Positions 26,961-41,310 of a stretch of DNA of 64,000 bases are shown here, one piece after another (the first letter of the stretch is position 1; each line of letters begins with the position of its first letter). The notes under the pieces are model-generated. The model searched no databases and was not told the DNA's origin. It saw only the letters and a list, made by a program, of their open reading frames with translations. Position numbers and translations under genes: made by a program. Origin of the DNA: Octopus vulgaris (Eukaryota); contig OX597815.1 in assembly GCA_951406725.2 (NCBI GenBank), forward strand, positions 106,764,001 through 106,828,000, read 5' to 3'.

Positions 26961-27130
26961 ATGGGTACAGGACGTTACCAACAGCAAACAATATAAAATA
27001 TGAAAACAAATGAGTTTAATACGCAAAGAATGAGAGAAACAAATGGAAAACAGGACAAATAACACAAAGAGCGATCCTTCGTCAGTTTGTCGGCTGTCTA
27101 TCTACTCCTAATTTCGAGAATACGCCGCTA
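26961..27130 (-). mobile_element. HHR-like 'gtcctgtaccca' element, 5'-truncated
   Basis: Minus strand attctc GAAA ttaggag TA gatag acagccgacaaa CTGACGA aggat...acgtcctgtaccca then (TA)n. Confidence 0.7.
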
Positions 27131-27720
27131 AAAGAGTTGAGGTAAAGTAGAAAGGAAGGAAGGAAGAAAGCAAGAAAGAAAGAGAGAGAAGCTGTAAGAA
27201 GTGAAAAAAATGAATGAAATTGACGAAAGAAAGAGAAATACTCAAGACTACTAATCAAATAATGAAAGAAGAATCTAAGAGCAAACGGAATGGAATAAGC
27301 AAGAAAGAAGTATAGAGAGAAATAACGAACGGAATAGAAAAGAAATCGGTAGGGATGAGTGAGAGAAGCGAAAAAGAAAACAAAAATGCTTTTGGTGAGT
27401 GTCGAGAAATGCCAGAGAATCCCGGTCTCTTGAATGAATGCATTTCTGTGATAGTGTATTGACAGACGATGTGTAAAATAACTGGAGACACTTGAGTGTA
27501 TATGGAGAGTGAGTGAGTGAGTGAGTGAATGAGTGAATGAATGAGTGAGTGAATAAGTGAGTGAATGAATGAGTAAATGAGTGAGAGCGTGTGGTAGAGA
27601 ATGACTAAGAAAGAGAGAAACTGGGAAACGTGTTACAGGTAGGTTAATGGGTAAACCATTATGTGCATGTGTATGAATATGTGTGTGTGTGAGTGTGAGT
27701 GAGTGTGTGTGTGAATGAGT

Positions 27721-28107
<387 letters not shown>

Positions 28108-28689
28108 ACACAAACACCTACATACACGTATGACGAATGCGACAAAAGTAAAGATGTTAACTAGCGTGCTACTAGCGTGCTACTAGCGAAGAAGGTGGCG
28201 GTGGCGACATTTGGCAAACTCACCGGTCACAAAGAACCGCCACTTAACGTACCTATTTCGAAAATCGAAAAAGCAACAGCGAAGCGAGAACAGACTCTTC
28301 CACCACGATCTCATCCGATCACCAGCATGCCCGAATGGCCAAAATGCTCACTTGGCAACTGAAAAAACTCTGGTTAGATAATTCCGCGTAACATCTTTGG
28401 CAGTGTCTTTCGCTAAAGTAGCTGGAGCTTTTTAAACGAGATCTTTTTGACAAAAGCAGTGTATAAACCAGTAATTTAAGGAGTCGTTTTGACACTGTGT
28501 GTCAAGTTGATTCCACCTGAAAATTACGTTAAGAGCTCGTAAGAGTAAGTATTTATGGAATTCTTAGCCATTTATACAGTAATTCAATGAGTAGAAACTC
28601 AGCCAATAGAACATCTTAATATTTACTGTCGAAAATTTTAAGCATTGACCTTTTAACTCAGACTCCTTTTTTCTTTCCCCTTATCTATG

Positions 28690-28815
28690 CTTTCTGTAGA
28701 AGACCGCAAGCTCGAAACGTTAAAGACTTCTATTTATCCTAAGCGCCAACCTAATATACACTCTGCTTATTGTTCTTTCACGTTGCGGTTGCGGTTGTGT
28801 TCTTCTTTACTTACT
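28690..28815 (+). mobile_element. Minimal-HHR-like element (gaagagcgtaggctc family)
   Basis: gctttctg tagaaga ccgcaagctc GAAA cg TT aaagac with palindromic ACGT stem III. Tail then (TA)n. Confidence 0.55.
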
Positions 28816-28849
28816 TATATATATATATATATATTGATCGAACTAGTTC

Positions 28850-29355
28850 TCCCACCTTTTCCCTATTCTTCTCCTCTCCCCTTCACCGTTCCCTCTCTCT
28901 CTCACGCTTCCACCCTGACTCTCTCGTTGCTCACACGTGACCAACGGCCATCCATTTTCTTTCTTCCACTTCCTTCCTAAAGACAAGACGTGCTTTTACC
29001 TCTCTCTTCTCAAAGCTCATTTTTCCAACGTTCATCACTTCACGTCGTTTGTTTTTACTCTTTTGTTCTCACTGTCCTGTTTTTGTTACCACTTTCATCC
29101 TCCGCAAAAAATCCCAAATTTTATTTAATTTGCTTTGCGGGAAGAACTGTTTTAACGAAGTCATATCTTGTCCCTACCTTCGCAACGCGGAGTAGATAAA
29201 ACGGGACAACTGATGAACAGAATGTTCTTTATGTTGCCTGTCTCGTTTTTCTGTTTGTTTCTTTCGTTGTTCGAAAAAAGTTCGTTTTCTATGTTTTTGT
29301 TTTTTATGGTCTCGTTTATCATTTTGTCTACGTTTTTTTGATGTCCTGTACCGCT
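28850..29355 (+). mobile_element. Long copy of the 'gtcctgtaccca' HHR-like element
   Basis: Colinear with 59030-59600 (ctcgttgctcacacgtgacca...ggagtagata...ctgatga...gtcctgtacc). Confidence 0.7.
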
Positions 29356-29419
29356 ATATGCATGTATATATACATATATATGTAGGCATGTAATTATATG
29401 TATGTATATATGCATATAA

Positions 29420-29477
<58 letters not shown>

Positions 29478-29482
<5 letters not shown>

Positions 29483-29790
29483 ACTTAGATAAAACTTAGA
29501 TATGTTTCGACCAGAGATTGGTCCAGGCCATGTCTAACTTAATAGCACCACCTGATAGGATTATTCGAATCCTGTTTAAGTCAAGTTTTGTTCAAGTAGT
29601 GAGTTCTTGTTGGGTGAGTTGTATCCAGTTTTGTTCAAGTAGTGAGTTCTTGTTGGGTGAGTTGTATCCAATTATGGGTGGCTTATCTGGTATTCTTTGA
29701 AGGAATCTATCCAGACTCTGTTTGAAGTTGATGGGATCCTTTTCCTCTTTGATCTCCCTCGGGACAATGTTAAATAAGGCAGGGCCTATA
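29478..29790 (-). mobile_element. CR1-group LINE 3' end with a local ~35 bp tandem duplication
   Basis: GPALFNIVPREIK...FKQSLDRFLQRIPDKP...NSLLE, 3' stem-loop gacca-atctc-tggtc, and (tatctaagttt) x2 tail. Confidence 0.8.
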
Positions 29791-29969
29791 TACATACATA
29801 CATATAATTGAAAAAAGTTCCTTATAGGTATAAGATGTTATAAACAATTATAGAAATGGAGAAAAGATGTTAAAAAATCAAAACTAGATTTAATAAGTAC
29901 ATACGAACGTTTCAAAGGCAATACAAATATGTGAGAAAAAATCATAATTATAATTAAAGTTATGTATTG

Positions 29970-30004
<35 letters not shown>

Positions 30005-30599
30005 TATGTGTGTATGTGTTTGCGTATGCGTGTGTGTGTGTATGTATGTGTGTGCGAGCGTACGTGCCTCCATGCATAAATATAACACGATTGCAGCGTG
30101 GAAGACACAAGCTAGTCATTCAGAAGCACATAAGCACTCAGAAAGGCCGTTGACTTGACTTAAAAGTTTATTGTTTGTAATATGGTTTCAAAATCTTCTA
30201 CACTCGAAATTGCGACCTGCGTGGCTAACTTGTGTCTTTCACAGTGCAGTCATTTCTATCTCAACACACGATCCCATATCCAAACGCTTGCCACGACCAT
30301 GTAAGTACATCTCCATCATATATATATATATATATATATAATAATGAAGAAATAAGTGATATAGGTATCCACTTTATACAGCACAACCGATTAGCGCTCT
30401 GTTAAAGCTTCAGGAATATAAAATTAAGGAGAGGAGAAAACAAATTCAAAGGCCGATATATATATTCATTCAATCCACATTGACAAAATTCTCCATGGTA
30501 TACAAAGAACATACGTAGATGCATTTATCTATATTATATATAAAAAATTTCTAAGAATTCATAAATACATACATATACACGAAAATTTATACACATAAA

Positions 30600-30818
30600 C
30601 AAATTTATAAACACATAAAATTAAAAAATATAACTACATAAAAAGTGTAAGTCCATAAATGTATTCGTGAAGTCTGAATGAAGAGGTGATAAAGCGGATG
30701 TAAAATGATTCCTAAGGAGTCTCGAACATGTATAAGGTCTATGAATAAAGTCGTACGGCCGTTTCGAAAAGATAGGTTGCTGTGGACGAGCTAACTCCAA
30801 CCATAGCAATACTTTATA

Positions 30819-30830
<12 letters not shown>
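30600..30830 (-). mobile_element. HHR with long stem II, cut by (TA)n, plus PLE-like tail
   Basis: Minus strand (tat)atga gagagagata...ttgctatgg/ccacagcaa...tatcttttc GAAA cggccg TA cgac. Confidence 0.55.
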
Positions 30831-30912
<82 letters not shown>

Positions 30913-30917
<5 letters not shown>

Positions 30918-31143
30918 AATCAAGGAACGGCCATAATAGGCCATTCACCCACTAGAAATAACAGCCAAAAGCTTCAACCGCAAAATAACATCAATTCCGT
31001 AAACCAGGAGAAAATTAAAAAACATTTACCCTGTTTTTTAATTTTCTCCTGGTTTACGGAATTGATGTTATTTTGCAGTTGAAGCTTTTGGCTGTTATTT
31101 CTAGTGGGTGAATGGCCTATTATGGCCGTTCCTTGATTGTGAT
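30913..31143. repeat. Near-perfect palindrome: 112-bp arms, 7-bp spacer, 1 mismatch
   Basis: 30913-31024 is the reverse complement of 31032-31143, spacer tttaccc. The left arm starts at the edge of a (TA)n run. Confidence 0.95.
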
Positions 31144-31244
31144 GTTGAACTTAAAAATGGTTTATGACTATTTAAATTTTTTCCCACTAGGCCGCTGGTG
31201 GCAAAAGAATTCTACAAAATTTTTTTTTGCCACCCTATATTGAT

Positions 31245-31307
<63 letters not shown>

Positions 31308-31589
31308 AAATATGTATGTGTGTGTGTGTATATATATATGTATGTATCTATCCATCTCTCTACACATCTATCATTTTAGACTCATGCACACAGATATGTA
31401 TGCATGTGTGTATGTATTTGCTTAAACTATAGATGATATCTATTTCGTAATGTATATACATTTCTCCATGTTCCTGTGATATTCATATGTATTTTGATAA
31501 ATGAAATTTTTGTTCTTTTAGAACATTTTCTCGGAGCGTTAGACTATCCATACATATATAGCTATGTAAAGATTACGTTTGTCCATCAC

Positions 31590-31685
<96 letters not shown>

Positions 31686-31860
31686 CCTGTCTGTTTATAT
31701 ATATATATATATATATATATGGGCATGTGTTGTGTACAAAGAGACAGATGGAAAGAGGCAGATAGGAAGATATAGATATGTAACAATAAACACATACTCT
31801 CACTCACACACACTCTCACTCACACACACTCTCACTTACTCTTTCTCTCTCATACAGATA

Positions 31861-31902
<42 letters not shown>

Positions 31903-32501
31903 CTCTCTCTCTCACATACACCATACACACATTCACTCTCGTCCCTCACAAACACACACGCACACACACACATACGTATATATTCTTTGTGTGTGTGTGT
32001 GACAAAGAGAGAGAGAGAGGTAGAGAGAGAAAGAGTGGGGTAGAGAGGGAGAGAGAGACAAAGAAAAGGATAGATTGAATGAATGAGATGGAGAGATGAA
32101 TATACATTACGAAATAGATATCACCTATAGTTCATGCAAATACATATGCACATGCATACATATCTGTGTAGATGTGTAGAGAGGATAGGTAGATGTGTAG
32201 AGAGATGGGTAGATAGATACACGCATACATAAATACATACATACATATATACCTACCTACCTACCTACCTACCTACCTACCTACCTACCTACCTACCTAC
32301 CTACCTACCTACATACATACATACATACATACATACATACATACATACATACATACATACATACTGGCACATTTTCATAAATTTGTGGGTGGTTTGTGAA
32401 TGAGATAAACAGCTAACAGATTTACCGACAAAATATAAGAGAAATGAAATTAGTGAAAAGAAGATATTAAAAAGTACCGAGAAGACAGACTGGCAAATGG
32501 G

Positions 32502-32602
<101 letters not shown>

Positions 32603-33344
32603 AAAGAGATAACAAGATAGAGACAGAGATAGTGAGAACCTGTGAGTCTGCGATTTACATAGAGAGAAAGAACGAAAAAGGAGGTAAGAACGAAGAGAGG
32701 AAGACGGCAGAAGACAAAAATTAGAAAAGAATTATAAGCCCATACATACATACATACATACATACATACATACATACATACATACATACATACATACATA
32801 CATACATACATACATACATAAATACATACATACATACATACATACATACATACATTATAAACACATACATACGTACACATGTATGTGAGTATACATACGC
32901 ATATTTCTGCATATGTGTGTGTGTGTCTATGCTGAAAACGAGAGATAGAGAGGGAGAGAGAAAGAGAAAGCGAGAAAAGGAGTGAGCGTTAAACATCTAT
33001 GTGTTAATATGCACGTAAAAAGTAAGTGGATCCTTCATCGGTTTCGACGGTGAATGTTTCAGTTATTCGATTGTCAACTGACTCATTGAATTATACTGTA
33101 AATGGCTGTATATTTCACAGAACACGTGTATCTTTAATGTAAACGTAATTCTCTTGCAAAATGAGCGTGACAGAGTCTGTGACAGGGTCGACCATTTGAA
33201 TTCCAGGTGCCGTCTTTCGACGGGTTTCCATGCTTTCTCTCTGCCAAATTTAATTTTCTTTTACTTTAAGTTCGACTCTTGCCCAAGATGCCTTACAATT
33301 AAATAGAACCAGTGATCTCATGATTACTAAGCGAACTTCTTAAA

Positions 33345-33705
33345 TAGGCGCTGGCATGGCTGTTTGGTAAGAAGTTTGCTTTTCAGTCACATGGTCTCAG
33401 GTTCGGTCCCACCGCGTGAAACCTTGAGCAAGTGTCTTTTACTATAGTTTCGGAATGACGGAAACATATGTGTGTATGTGTGCATTTGTTTATGTCTGTC
33501 CCCCACTCACGGGTGGACAACCGGTTTTGACGTTTTTTATATCGCCCCTACCCACCCCACCCTAATTTAGCGGCTCTGCAAAAGAGCTAGACTTTAAAAA
33601 AAGCACTTAATTTGTTTGATTTTAAAAACTGTTCAAAGTGATGCTCCAGCATGGCTGTAGTCAAATGACTAAAACAAGTAAAAACCAAAAAAAAAAAAAA
33701 AAAAA
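33345..33705 (+). mobile_element. Decayed CORE-type SINE
   Basis: ggcgctggcatggctgtttggtaagaag...accttgagcaagtgtc...gtgatgctccagcatggctgtagtcaaatgactaaaacaag. Confidence 0.8.
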
Positions 33706-33759
33706 AATAGAACATTGCCACGGCTGCATCTATAAACACACACAAACATACACATACAC

Positions 33760-33790
<31 letters not shown>

Positions 33791-33944
33791 CATACATACA
33801 CATATATGTATTTGCATGTTGCTAATCCGGATAATGGATTATTATTTCATAACTAAAAGTCTCGTTCGGTTGACCATAATCATCTGTACGTGTCACCGAG
33901 TCTGAAATAATTTCATGATTATTCCCGACTCACCGACCTGTAGG

Positions 33945-33982
33945 CTCACTAACACGAACCGCACGAAACCTTTAGGTATGAG
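33945..33982 (+). ncRNA. Decayed minimal hammerhead motif
   Basis: ctca ctaacac gaaccgcac GAAA cctttagg TA tgag. Stems I and III are intact; the CUGANGA box is mutated. Confidence 0.45.
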
Positions 33983-34451
33983 ATATTAATCCAGTTTACC
34001 AACATAAACATAACAGACAGCACATCTGTTATATCTGTATTATAGTGTGTATGCGTGTGACGCCTGTGTAGATATATCTGTATAAGTAGGTGTATATATG
34101 CGTGAGTGTGCGTGTGTTTGTATAGATATAATATATGTATACAATATATTTATGTGTATGCACACACTCACACACGCATACACACACTCACACTCATACA
34201 AACATATATGATTAACGCCAAGTATACGAACACTATAAGAATAATCCGTTTTTATCATCATGCAATTACCAAACATTATACACGCTCATAATACGGATGT
34301 ATATTCAGTGAATCGCTTTTTGCATGAAAACGCACACAGACACACACATACACACTCTCTCTCTCCCTCTCACCCTCTCTCTCCCTTTATACATGCATTC
34401 ATGCATACATACATACCTACACTCACAAATCTACACACACGCACACACACA

Positions 34452-34549
<98 letters not shown>

Positions 34550-34656
34550 TATATGTGTTTTGACAAAGTTGACAAACGCAGTTCGATCGCGAGGCGGCGT
34601 AACCAGAACCGCAAAATATTTACCAACGCGCCGACTGATGCATGCATGTATGTATG

Positions 34657-34687
<31 letters not shown>

Positions 34688-34719
34688 GCATGTATATGTA
34701 TACGTCTGTGTATTTAATC

Positions 34720-34840
34720 GGCTATGTGGCAGAGTCGTTAGCGTCTCAGGTAGGACGCATTGTGGTATTCACTCCGGGGTTTAGGGCTCAAATTGCGTCG
34801 AAGTCAACTCTGCATTTCATTCTCTCGGGGTTGATCGATT
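34720..34840 (+). mobile_element. Decayed Meta-domain-like SINE
   Basis: tggcagagtcgttagcg...aagtcaactctgcatttcattctctcggggttgat. Confidence 0.65.
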
Positions 34841-35547
34841 CTCTTTCTCACTTTACCTTTCCCTCCATCGCATCTCTCTGTTTTTCCATCTCTCTTTCGG
34901 TCACTCACTCAGTAATCATTCTCTCTCTCTCTCCCTCCCTCTGAAAGGAATCGGCTGTGTTCAGGTAACGGGGAAAGTAAAACGCATCACAGCGGCGTCC
35001 CTACGACTCCACCAGGAGTTGAGGGCCCAAAGAAGGAAGGATATATATGTTTGTTTGTATGTATGTTTATATGTACGAAATCCATACACGGAAAATATGG
35101 ATTGAAAAAAAAACATTTCTGCATATTAGTTAGTCCCATGTAAAGAAAACAAGAATTGTCAAGTAACACAAAGAAACTGAAGAAACTGGAAGATTACTGG
35201 AATACCATATTCCCCTCCCCCCACTAATAGTAGTTCTTTTAAGTTTTGGTATTGACGAAGGTATCTGCCCCAGGATCTTCGCAGGTTTTCCGAACCTGGA
35301 ATATACATTAGAATGCAATGGACGCTCTTAGGTATGTTTCCAAAGACACGTCCGAATCTTGATTTTATAAGAAAATTGTTAAAGTAGTTTTCAAACCACG
35401 AACAATATAAATGATTTCTTCATGTTCAAATGTTAGAGAAAAATCTATGAAATACACAAAATATATACGATGCTTATGATTACTTTCATTTTATGTATAT
35501 ATTCGTACATACATATGTGTTTGTGTGTGTATGTGTGTATATGTACA

Positions 35548-35606
<59 letters not shown>

Positions 35607-35648
35607 AAATATACATATATATATATGTGTGTGTATATGTACATATAG

Positions 35649-35720
<72 letters not shown>

Positions 35721-36282
35721 AGTGAATCCTAACACAGAACAAATAAGAAAAACAATAACAATATATATATATATATATGCGTGTGTGTGTGTGTGTGTGT
35801 GAAGATATTTTATATAATGTGAAATATGATAACTAATGGTTAAAGACTACAACAAGAAGTCTGAAAAACTTATTTGAAAGAAATAAACGGAATAACTCAC
35901 CGATAATAATGAGAACCAACAGTGCTGGCCTGTATGTGCAAATCATGGCCAATAAGACTAGTAGAAATGTTGTATATTGCTGAGCCGACGAAATTTTTTT
36001 CACTGTAAAACGTGTCTCCCATAACACGGAACCAGCTCCAACATCGTAGCTATTAAACAGAGTAACTCTGTGGTTCGATGTACATTCTACTTGTTACGAC
36101 AACAGGCAGGTACAGATACCTATATAGTCATGTAGATACGTTATGAGTGAGCGAGTGAACGAGGGAGTGAAGGAGTGAGTGAATGAGTAAGTGATTGAGG
36201 TGTGTGTCTGTGTGTATGTGTGTGCGTGTGTGCGTGTGTGTAAATGAATGTTTATGTATTAAGTATCTGTATGTATTTACCC

Positions 36283-36327
<45 letters not shown>

Positions 36328-36381
36328 TATGTATGCATGTATCTATCTATATTTGGATGTGCGTATATATGTATGTATGTG

Positions 36382-36428
<47 letters not shown>

Positions 36429-36588
36429 GCACATACATACATACATATGTGTGTGTGCGTGTGTATGTATGTATGTATGTATGTATGTATGTATGTGTGT
36501 AAATCTATACTTTTCTATAAACGTTAATATATTTTATAAAGAATTCGAAAAATATCCTACGAAGCGTTGATTCAAGAAAAGCCTACAG

Positions 36589-36636
<48 letters not shown>

Positions 36637-37113
36637 CTGTTTCTATATATGTATAGACGTATGTATATACGATATGGTGTGTTCGTGTGTTTTTGTTCGC
36701 ATGTGTGTTTGTGCGCTGATGTGTGTTTGTGCGCTGATGTGTGTTTGTGTGTGTGCGCATTTATGCGTGTATGCGGTTATTTATGTATTGTATATATGCG
36801 TTTGTATTATTTTTTCCAAAGTTCTTCACGGAATTCCCGCCGGTTACAAAGCGACGAGGTTCCTTATGTTTTGATTGTGTCAACACCGTTCCAAGGATTT
36901 GCGATTAGTTAGGGTTAACGTTTTTACCTCACATATGTATATGGGAATATCTTGGTAATCATGTAATAGATGTACGTTTCTTGTTTAGCGTATGACAGTG
37001 TGCGATTACTCTTTAACTCTGTATGTTTGCATGTGTATGTGCACATGTGTGTGCGTAGATGTATGTATGTATGTATGTATGTATGTATGTATGTATGTAT
37101 GTATGTATGTATG

Positions 37114-37196
<83 letters not shown>

Positions 37197-37198
37197 AC

Positions 37199-37251
<53 letters not shown>

Positions 37252-37445
37252 CATACACATATATATGCACACATATCTATGTATTTTTTTATTTATTGAA
37301 TACATATATATGTGTATGAATGTGTGTTTGCATAGGTATATGTAAATATGTGTTGGTTTTTGCATTTTTATTCAATGTTAACTAAGTTATTATGGAACTT
37401 TTATAGTATGTATGTAGGGACATACACACACGCGTCTGTGCATGT

Positions 37446-37476
<31 letters not shown>

Positions 37477-37859
37477 ATTTTCCATTTTTATTTTTTATCA
37501 ATAAACCTATACACACTCATACATACACAGACAGGTGCGCGGCGAAACACTCGAGTTGCTGCTTGTACACTGTTTGATGAAGTGAAGTTTCACCTTCGCT
37601 TTCTCAGTTTCTTCCTCATTCGCTCTTTTACTCCCTCTCTTTTAATTCAATATACGTTCTCTCTTTATCTCTCTCTCTCTTTCTTCCTCTCTCTTTCTCG
37701 CTCTCTCTTTCACTCTTTCTCTATCTCTTCCTTTCTTTCTCTCTCTATCTATTTCTTTTTTTTTCATCCGCTTTTCTTTCTCTTTTTCATTCTCTCTATC
37801 TTTCACTGTCCACTCGTCTTGGTAGCATTAGTCACACACTTTCGATACCCAATTCTCGA

Positions 37860-37928
37860 AGATAACGATGACGACGAACGACGATGACAAGCAAAGGCTC
37901 ATAACGGCGACGACGACAAAGATAGCAG

Positions 37929-37959
<31 letters not shown>

Positions 37960-38242
37960 AATAATGATAATGATGATGATGATGATGATGGCAACGATGA
38001 CGACGACGATTACTACGATGACAATGATTATGATGGTGATGATGATTATGATGGTGATGATGATTATGATGGTGATGATGATGATGAGGAGGATTGTGGT
38101 GATGGTGTTGAAGATGACGATGATGGTAGTTGTCAGAGAAATAACCACAACAATGACGGCGTCCTTAGCGTCGGTGGATTGTGTGGGGCTGGGTGTTCTG
38201 TTATCGCAGACGGCGGCATGGTAGCTGAAGCAACAGCAACAT

Positions 38243-38340
<98 letters not shown>

Positions 38341-38500
38341 TTGCTGCTGCTGCTGCTACTGCTGCTGCTGCTGTTGCTACTGTTGCTGCTGCTACTACTA
38401 CCACAACTACCACCATCACCACCAGTAGTAGCAGTTGTGGTGGAATTGACGTTGTTGTTGTTGGTGCTGCTGATAGAGCAATTGTAGTAGTCGTAGTATT
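37860..38500. repeat. Compound (GAT)n/(CTA)n/(CTG)n tract
   Basis: Seen directly. The poly-M/L/S/V ORFs here are artefacts. Confidence 0.9.
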
Positions 38501-38798
38501 GGAAGCTGATAAGATAGAAGAGTTTATATAAAGAAAATCGCGAGCTTAGAAGAGAACTTGGAAAATATAGTGTTATAAATACATGTACACGTAAACATAC
38601 TGAATATATACATACATGCTTGTATGCCGCGAATTCGCGGAAATACAATTATCATACATATAAGTTAATATTTCTTTTTCCTAACATTTCTTTTTCCTAT
38701 TTTTATTCCACACTTCTGTTCCTTATTTACTCATGTAAAATGATTCCGACAACTTCTAGTTATATAGGATGCAAATAGCAAAAGAAGTTAATATAATC

Positions 38799-38905
38799 TA
38801 GACCTGAAGATTGGCAATATAATCGTTTTAATATGGTATTGTATTTCGAGACTTTCTATTTCAGCAATATCGAGGAATATGTTGTCGTGAAACACGCGTA
38901 GTTTA
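38799..38905 (+). ncRNA. Type I hammerhead motif, intact core, very long stem II region
   Basis: tagac CTGAAGA (38804-10) ttggcaatat...atatgttgtcgt GAAA (38889-92) cacgcg TA gttta. Confidence 0.65.
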
Positions 38906-39187
38906 TATAATGTAATGTATATGATTTAGAATAAGAATTGTAGATATTAATTTTAATAATTTTTAATATTTAGTCCTATATGTACCTATCGTGGATAATG
39001 TCGTTCAATGATGATTGAGTTGTTTGAGGGCGATTCTGTCTCTTAAACCTGTCTATATATATGTATTAGTACTACTAAATTGAACTTCTCTCCCCCTGTG
39101 GACTCGGAAATAACTCCCCTAATATCAATATCAATATTGTTTTATTGTTTTACTTGTTTCAGTCATTTGACTGTGGCCATGCTGGAG

Positions 39188-39235
<48 letters not shown>

Positions 39236-39257
39236 CATATATATATATACATACACA

Positions 39258-39362
39258 CAGGTGAGCACATAAGTGCAAAACAAGGTGCCACAACTGTCCG
39301 ACGAACGGGAACGTGAAACTCTGAGCAATAGCTTTGTGATAATTTTGCAGTTCTAATAAAAT
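39258..39362. mobile_element. Mini 'tail + inverted HHR' module, an older relative of 45570-48642
   Basis: aggtgagcacataagtgcaaaacaaggtg (tail end, minus) joined to ctgt ccgacga acg ggaa cgt GAAA ctctgag ca atag...taataaaatg then TA repeat. Confidence 0.75.
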
Positions 39363-39387
39363 GTGTATATATATATGTATATACTAT

Positions 39388-40050
39388 GCAGGCAGGTGGC
39401 AGGTTGGATCCTTAGATCTTTCAGGACCAGGAACAGAGACACAATGCTTCTGCTTTGGAAAACCTTTGTCCTTAGACTACTGCTCCTACCTGTGGTCCCC
39501 ACAGAGTGTAAAACTAATTGCAACTACACAAAGAAGATAGACTCAGTGAAACACATGGGATACTGGGACAATTTGAAGGAACCGGAATTCTACTCCCTGG
39601 AGAGGAGACGTGAGAGATATGCAGTGCTATACATATGGAAAATAATGGAGGGACTAGCTCCAAATTTCGAAATCCACATCTACAACAATCACCGAGCTGG
39701 ACGGCACTGCACAGTACCAAAGGTCGCATCTTCTCCATCGAGGATATGAACCCAGTATTGTAATAGCTTGGGATACTAGGGACCACAACTTTTTAATGCC
39801 CCATCACAGAACACCAGGGATCTGCAAGGTATAGACATGGAAGTCTTCAAAAAATGTCTAGACAGCTTTTCATTTGCAATACAGGATGAACACACATCGT
39901 AGCAGGAGGCACAAAGAAGAGCGGCAACGTCCAACTCGCTACTTCACCAGAAGTAATACTGGAAAAATCCTCGGATGCAGTAAGGGCGGTGCACCAGCAT
40001 GGCCTCAGCATCTGGCTGAAACCCATAAAAGAAATAAATAAAAAGAAATA
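39388..40050 (+). mobile_element. CR1-group LINE 3' portion
   Basis: GWILRSFRTR..DTMLLLWKTFV, YWDNLKE..YSLERRRERYAVLYIWKI. Ends ggcggtgcaccagcatggcctcagcatctggctgaaac. Confidence 0.88.
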
Positions 40051-40057
40051 TATATAA

Positions 40058-40410
40058 CGGGTCGACACTGCACAGTGCCAAATATTCCAGCAATACCATT
40101 ACGCTTCAGGCCCAGTTACTGCAAAAGCCTGGGTTTCAGGAGCCCACAGCATTTTAATGTTCTCCCAAAGAGTTGAGGGACATACACAAAGTGGATGTAA
40201 GTATTTTCAAATCAAAACAGGATCTCTTCCTATCGAGAGTCTCAGCTGAACCAACCTCGCGGCAGGAGGTGCAAATGAGGGTAGCGGCATCAAACTCCCT
40301 TATTTACCAAACACCACATATTAGAGGAGGCTCTCAATAATAACTGTGTAGCAAAACGGCAGTGCCCCTGCATGACAACAGCTTTGAGCTGAAACTAATA
40401 GAAGATAGAA
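40058..40410 (+). mobile_element. Second CR1-group LINE 3' end in tandem
   Basis: GRHCTVP...FKSKQDLFLSRVSAEPT...ASNSL, tail ggcagtgcccctgcatgacaacagctttgagctgaaac. A short duplicate of 39542-39620 follows at 40441-40519. Confidence 0.8.
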
Positions 40411-40519
40411 TATATATATATATATGTATGTATATAATTGTTCAGTGAAACACATGGGCTACTGGGACAATTTGAAGGAACTGGAATTCTACTCCCTGGA
40501 GAGGAGACGTGAGAGATAT

Positions 40520-40672
40520 TAATAACCACCTTTGTTTTACTCTTAGTTGAGAAAGTCGAAAAGACAGAAAGTGGTACTAACCATTATAAAATGCATTTCA
40601 TGACAAAATTATTTAAGCATTTTCTACTTTGTCTTTTTCTTTATACATATCAACTCGTATTTCACTTTTCAA
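40520..40672 (+). mobile_element. Decayed 3' end (HHR + tail) of the Neptune-type PLE family
   Basis: ttag TTGAGAA agtc gaaaa gaca GAAA gtgg TA ctaa (40543-80). The tail aaaattatttaagcattttcta...atatcaactcgt matches 15545-15620. Confidence 0.75.
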
Positions 40673-40711
40673 CATTCTACACACACAGACACAGACACAG
40701 ACACAGACACA

Positions 40712-40808
<97 letters not shown>

Positions 40809-40865
40809 AGACACACACAGACACAGACACACAGACACACACACACACACACACACACATACATT

Positions 40866-40999
40866 GGCGCAGGAGTAGCTGTGTGGTAAGTAGCTTGCTT
40901 ACCAACCACATGGTTCCGTGTTCAGTCCCACTTGGGCAAGTGTCTTGTATATAAGCCTGGGGAGTGGATTTGGTAGACGGAAACTGAAAGAAGCTCGTC

Positions 41000-41061
<62 letters not shown>

Positions 41062-41310
41062 ATATGTGTATGTGTGTGTAAATTTGTGTGAGTATCTGTG
41101 TTTTTCCCCCATAATCGCTTGACAACCGACGTTGGTGTGTTTACGTCCCCGTAACCTAGCTGTTCGGTAAAAGAGACGATAGAATAAGTACTAGGCGTAC
41201 GAAGAATAACTCCTGGGGTCGATTTGTTCGACTAAAGGCAGTGCTCCAGCATGACCGCTGTCAAGTAACTGAAACAAATAGAAGAATAAAAGAATAAAAG
41301 AATAAAAATA
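40866..41310 (+). mobile_element. Full-length CORE-type SINE with internal (TA)n
   Basis: ggcgcaggagtagctgtgtggtaag head, ttgggcaagtgtc core, tail ggcagtgctccagcatgaccgctgtcaagtaactgaaac plus (aaagaata)n. Confidence 0.88.

Noticed and set aside
28125-28540. GC-richer unique-looking block, perhaps a DNA-transposon derivative
   Set aside because: No TIR pair or TSD could be identified.
29500-29555. gacca-atctc-tggtc GAAA cata TC as a hammerhead
   Set aside because: No CUGANGA box. It is the CR1-group LINE 3' stem-loop, homologous to the SINE tails.
35268-36025. HHR-like strings at 35268-35308 and 35983-36020
   Set aside because: Two or more core positions are wrong and stem III is poor, so they could be chance matches.
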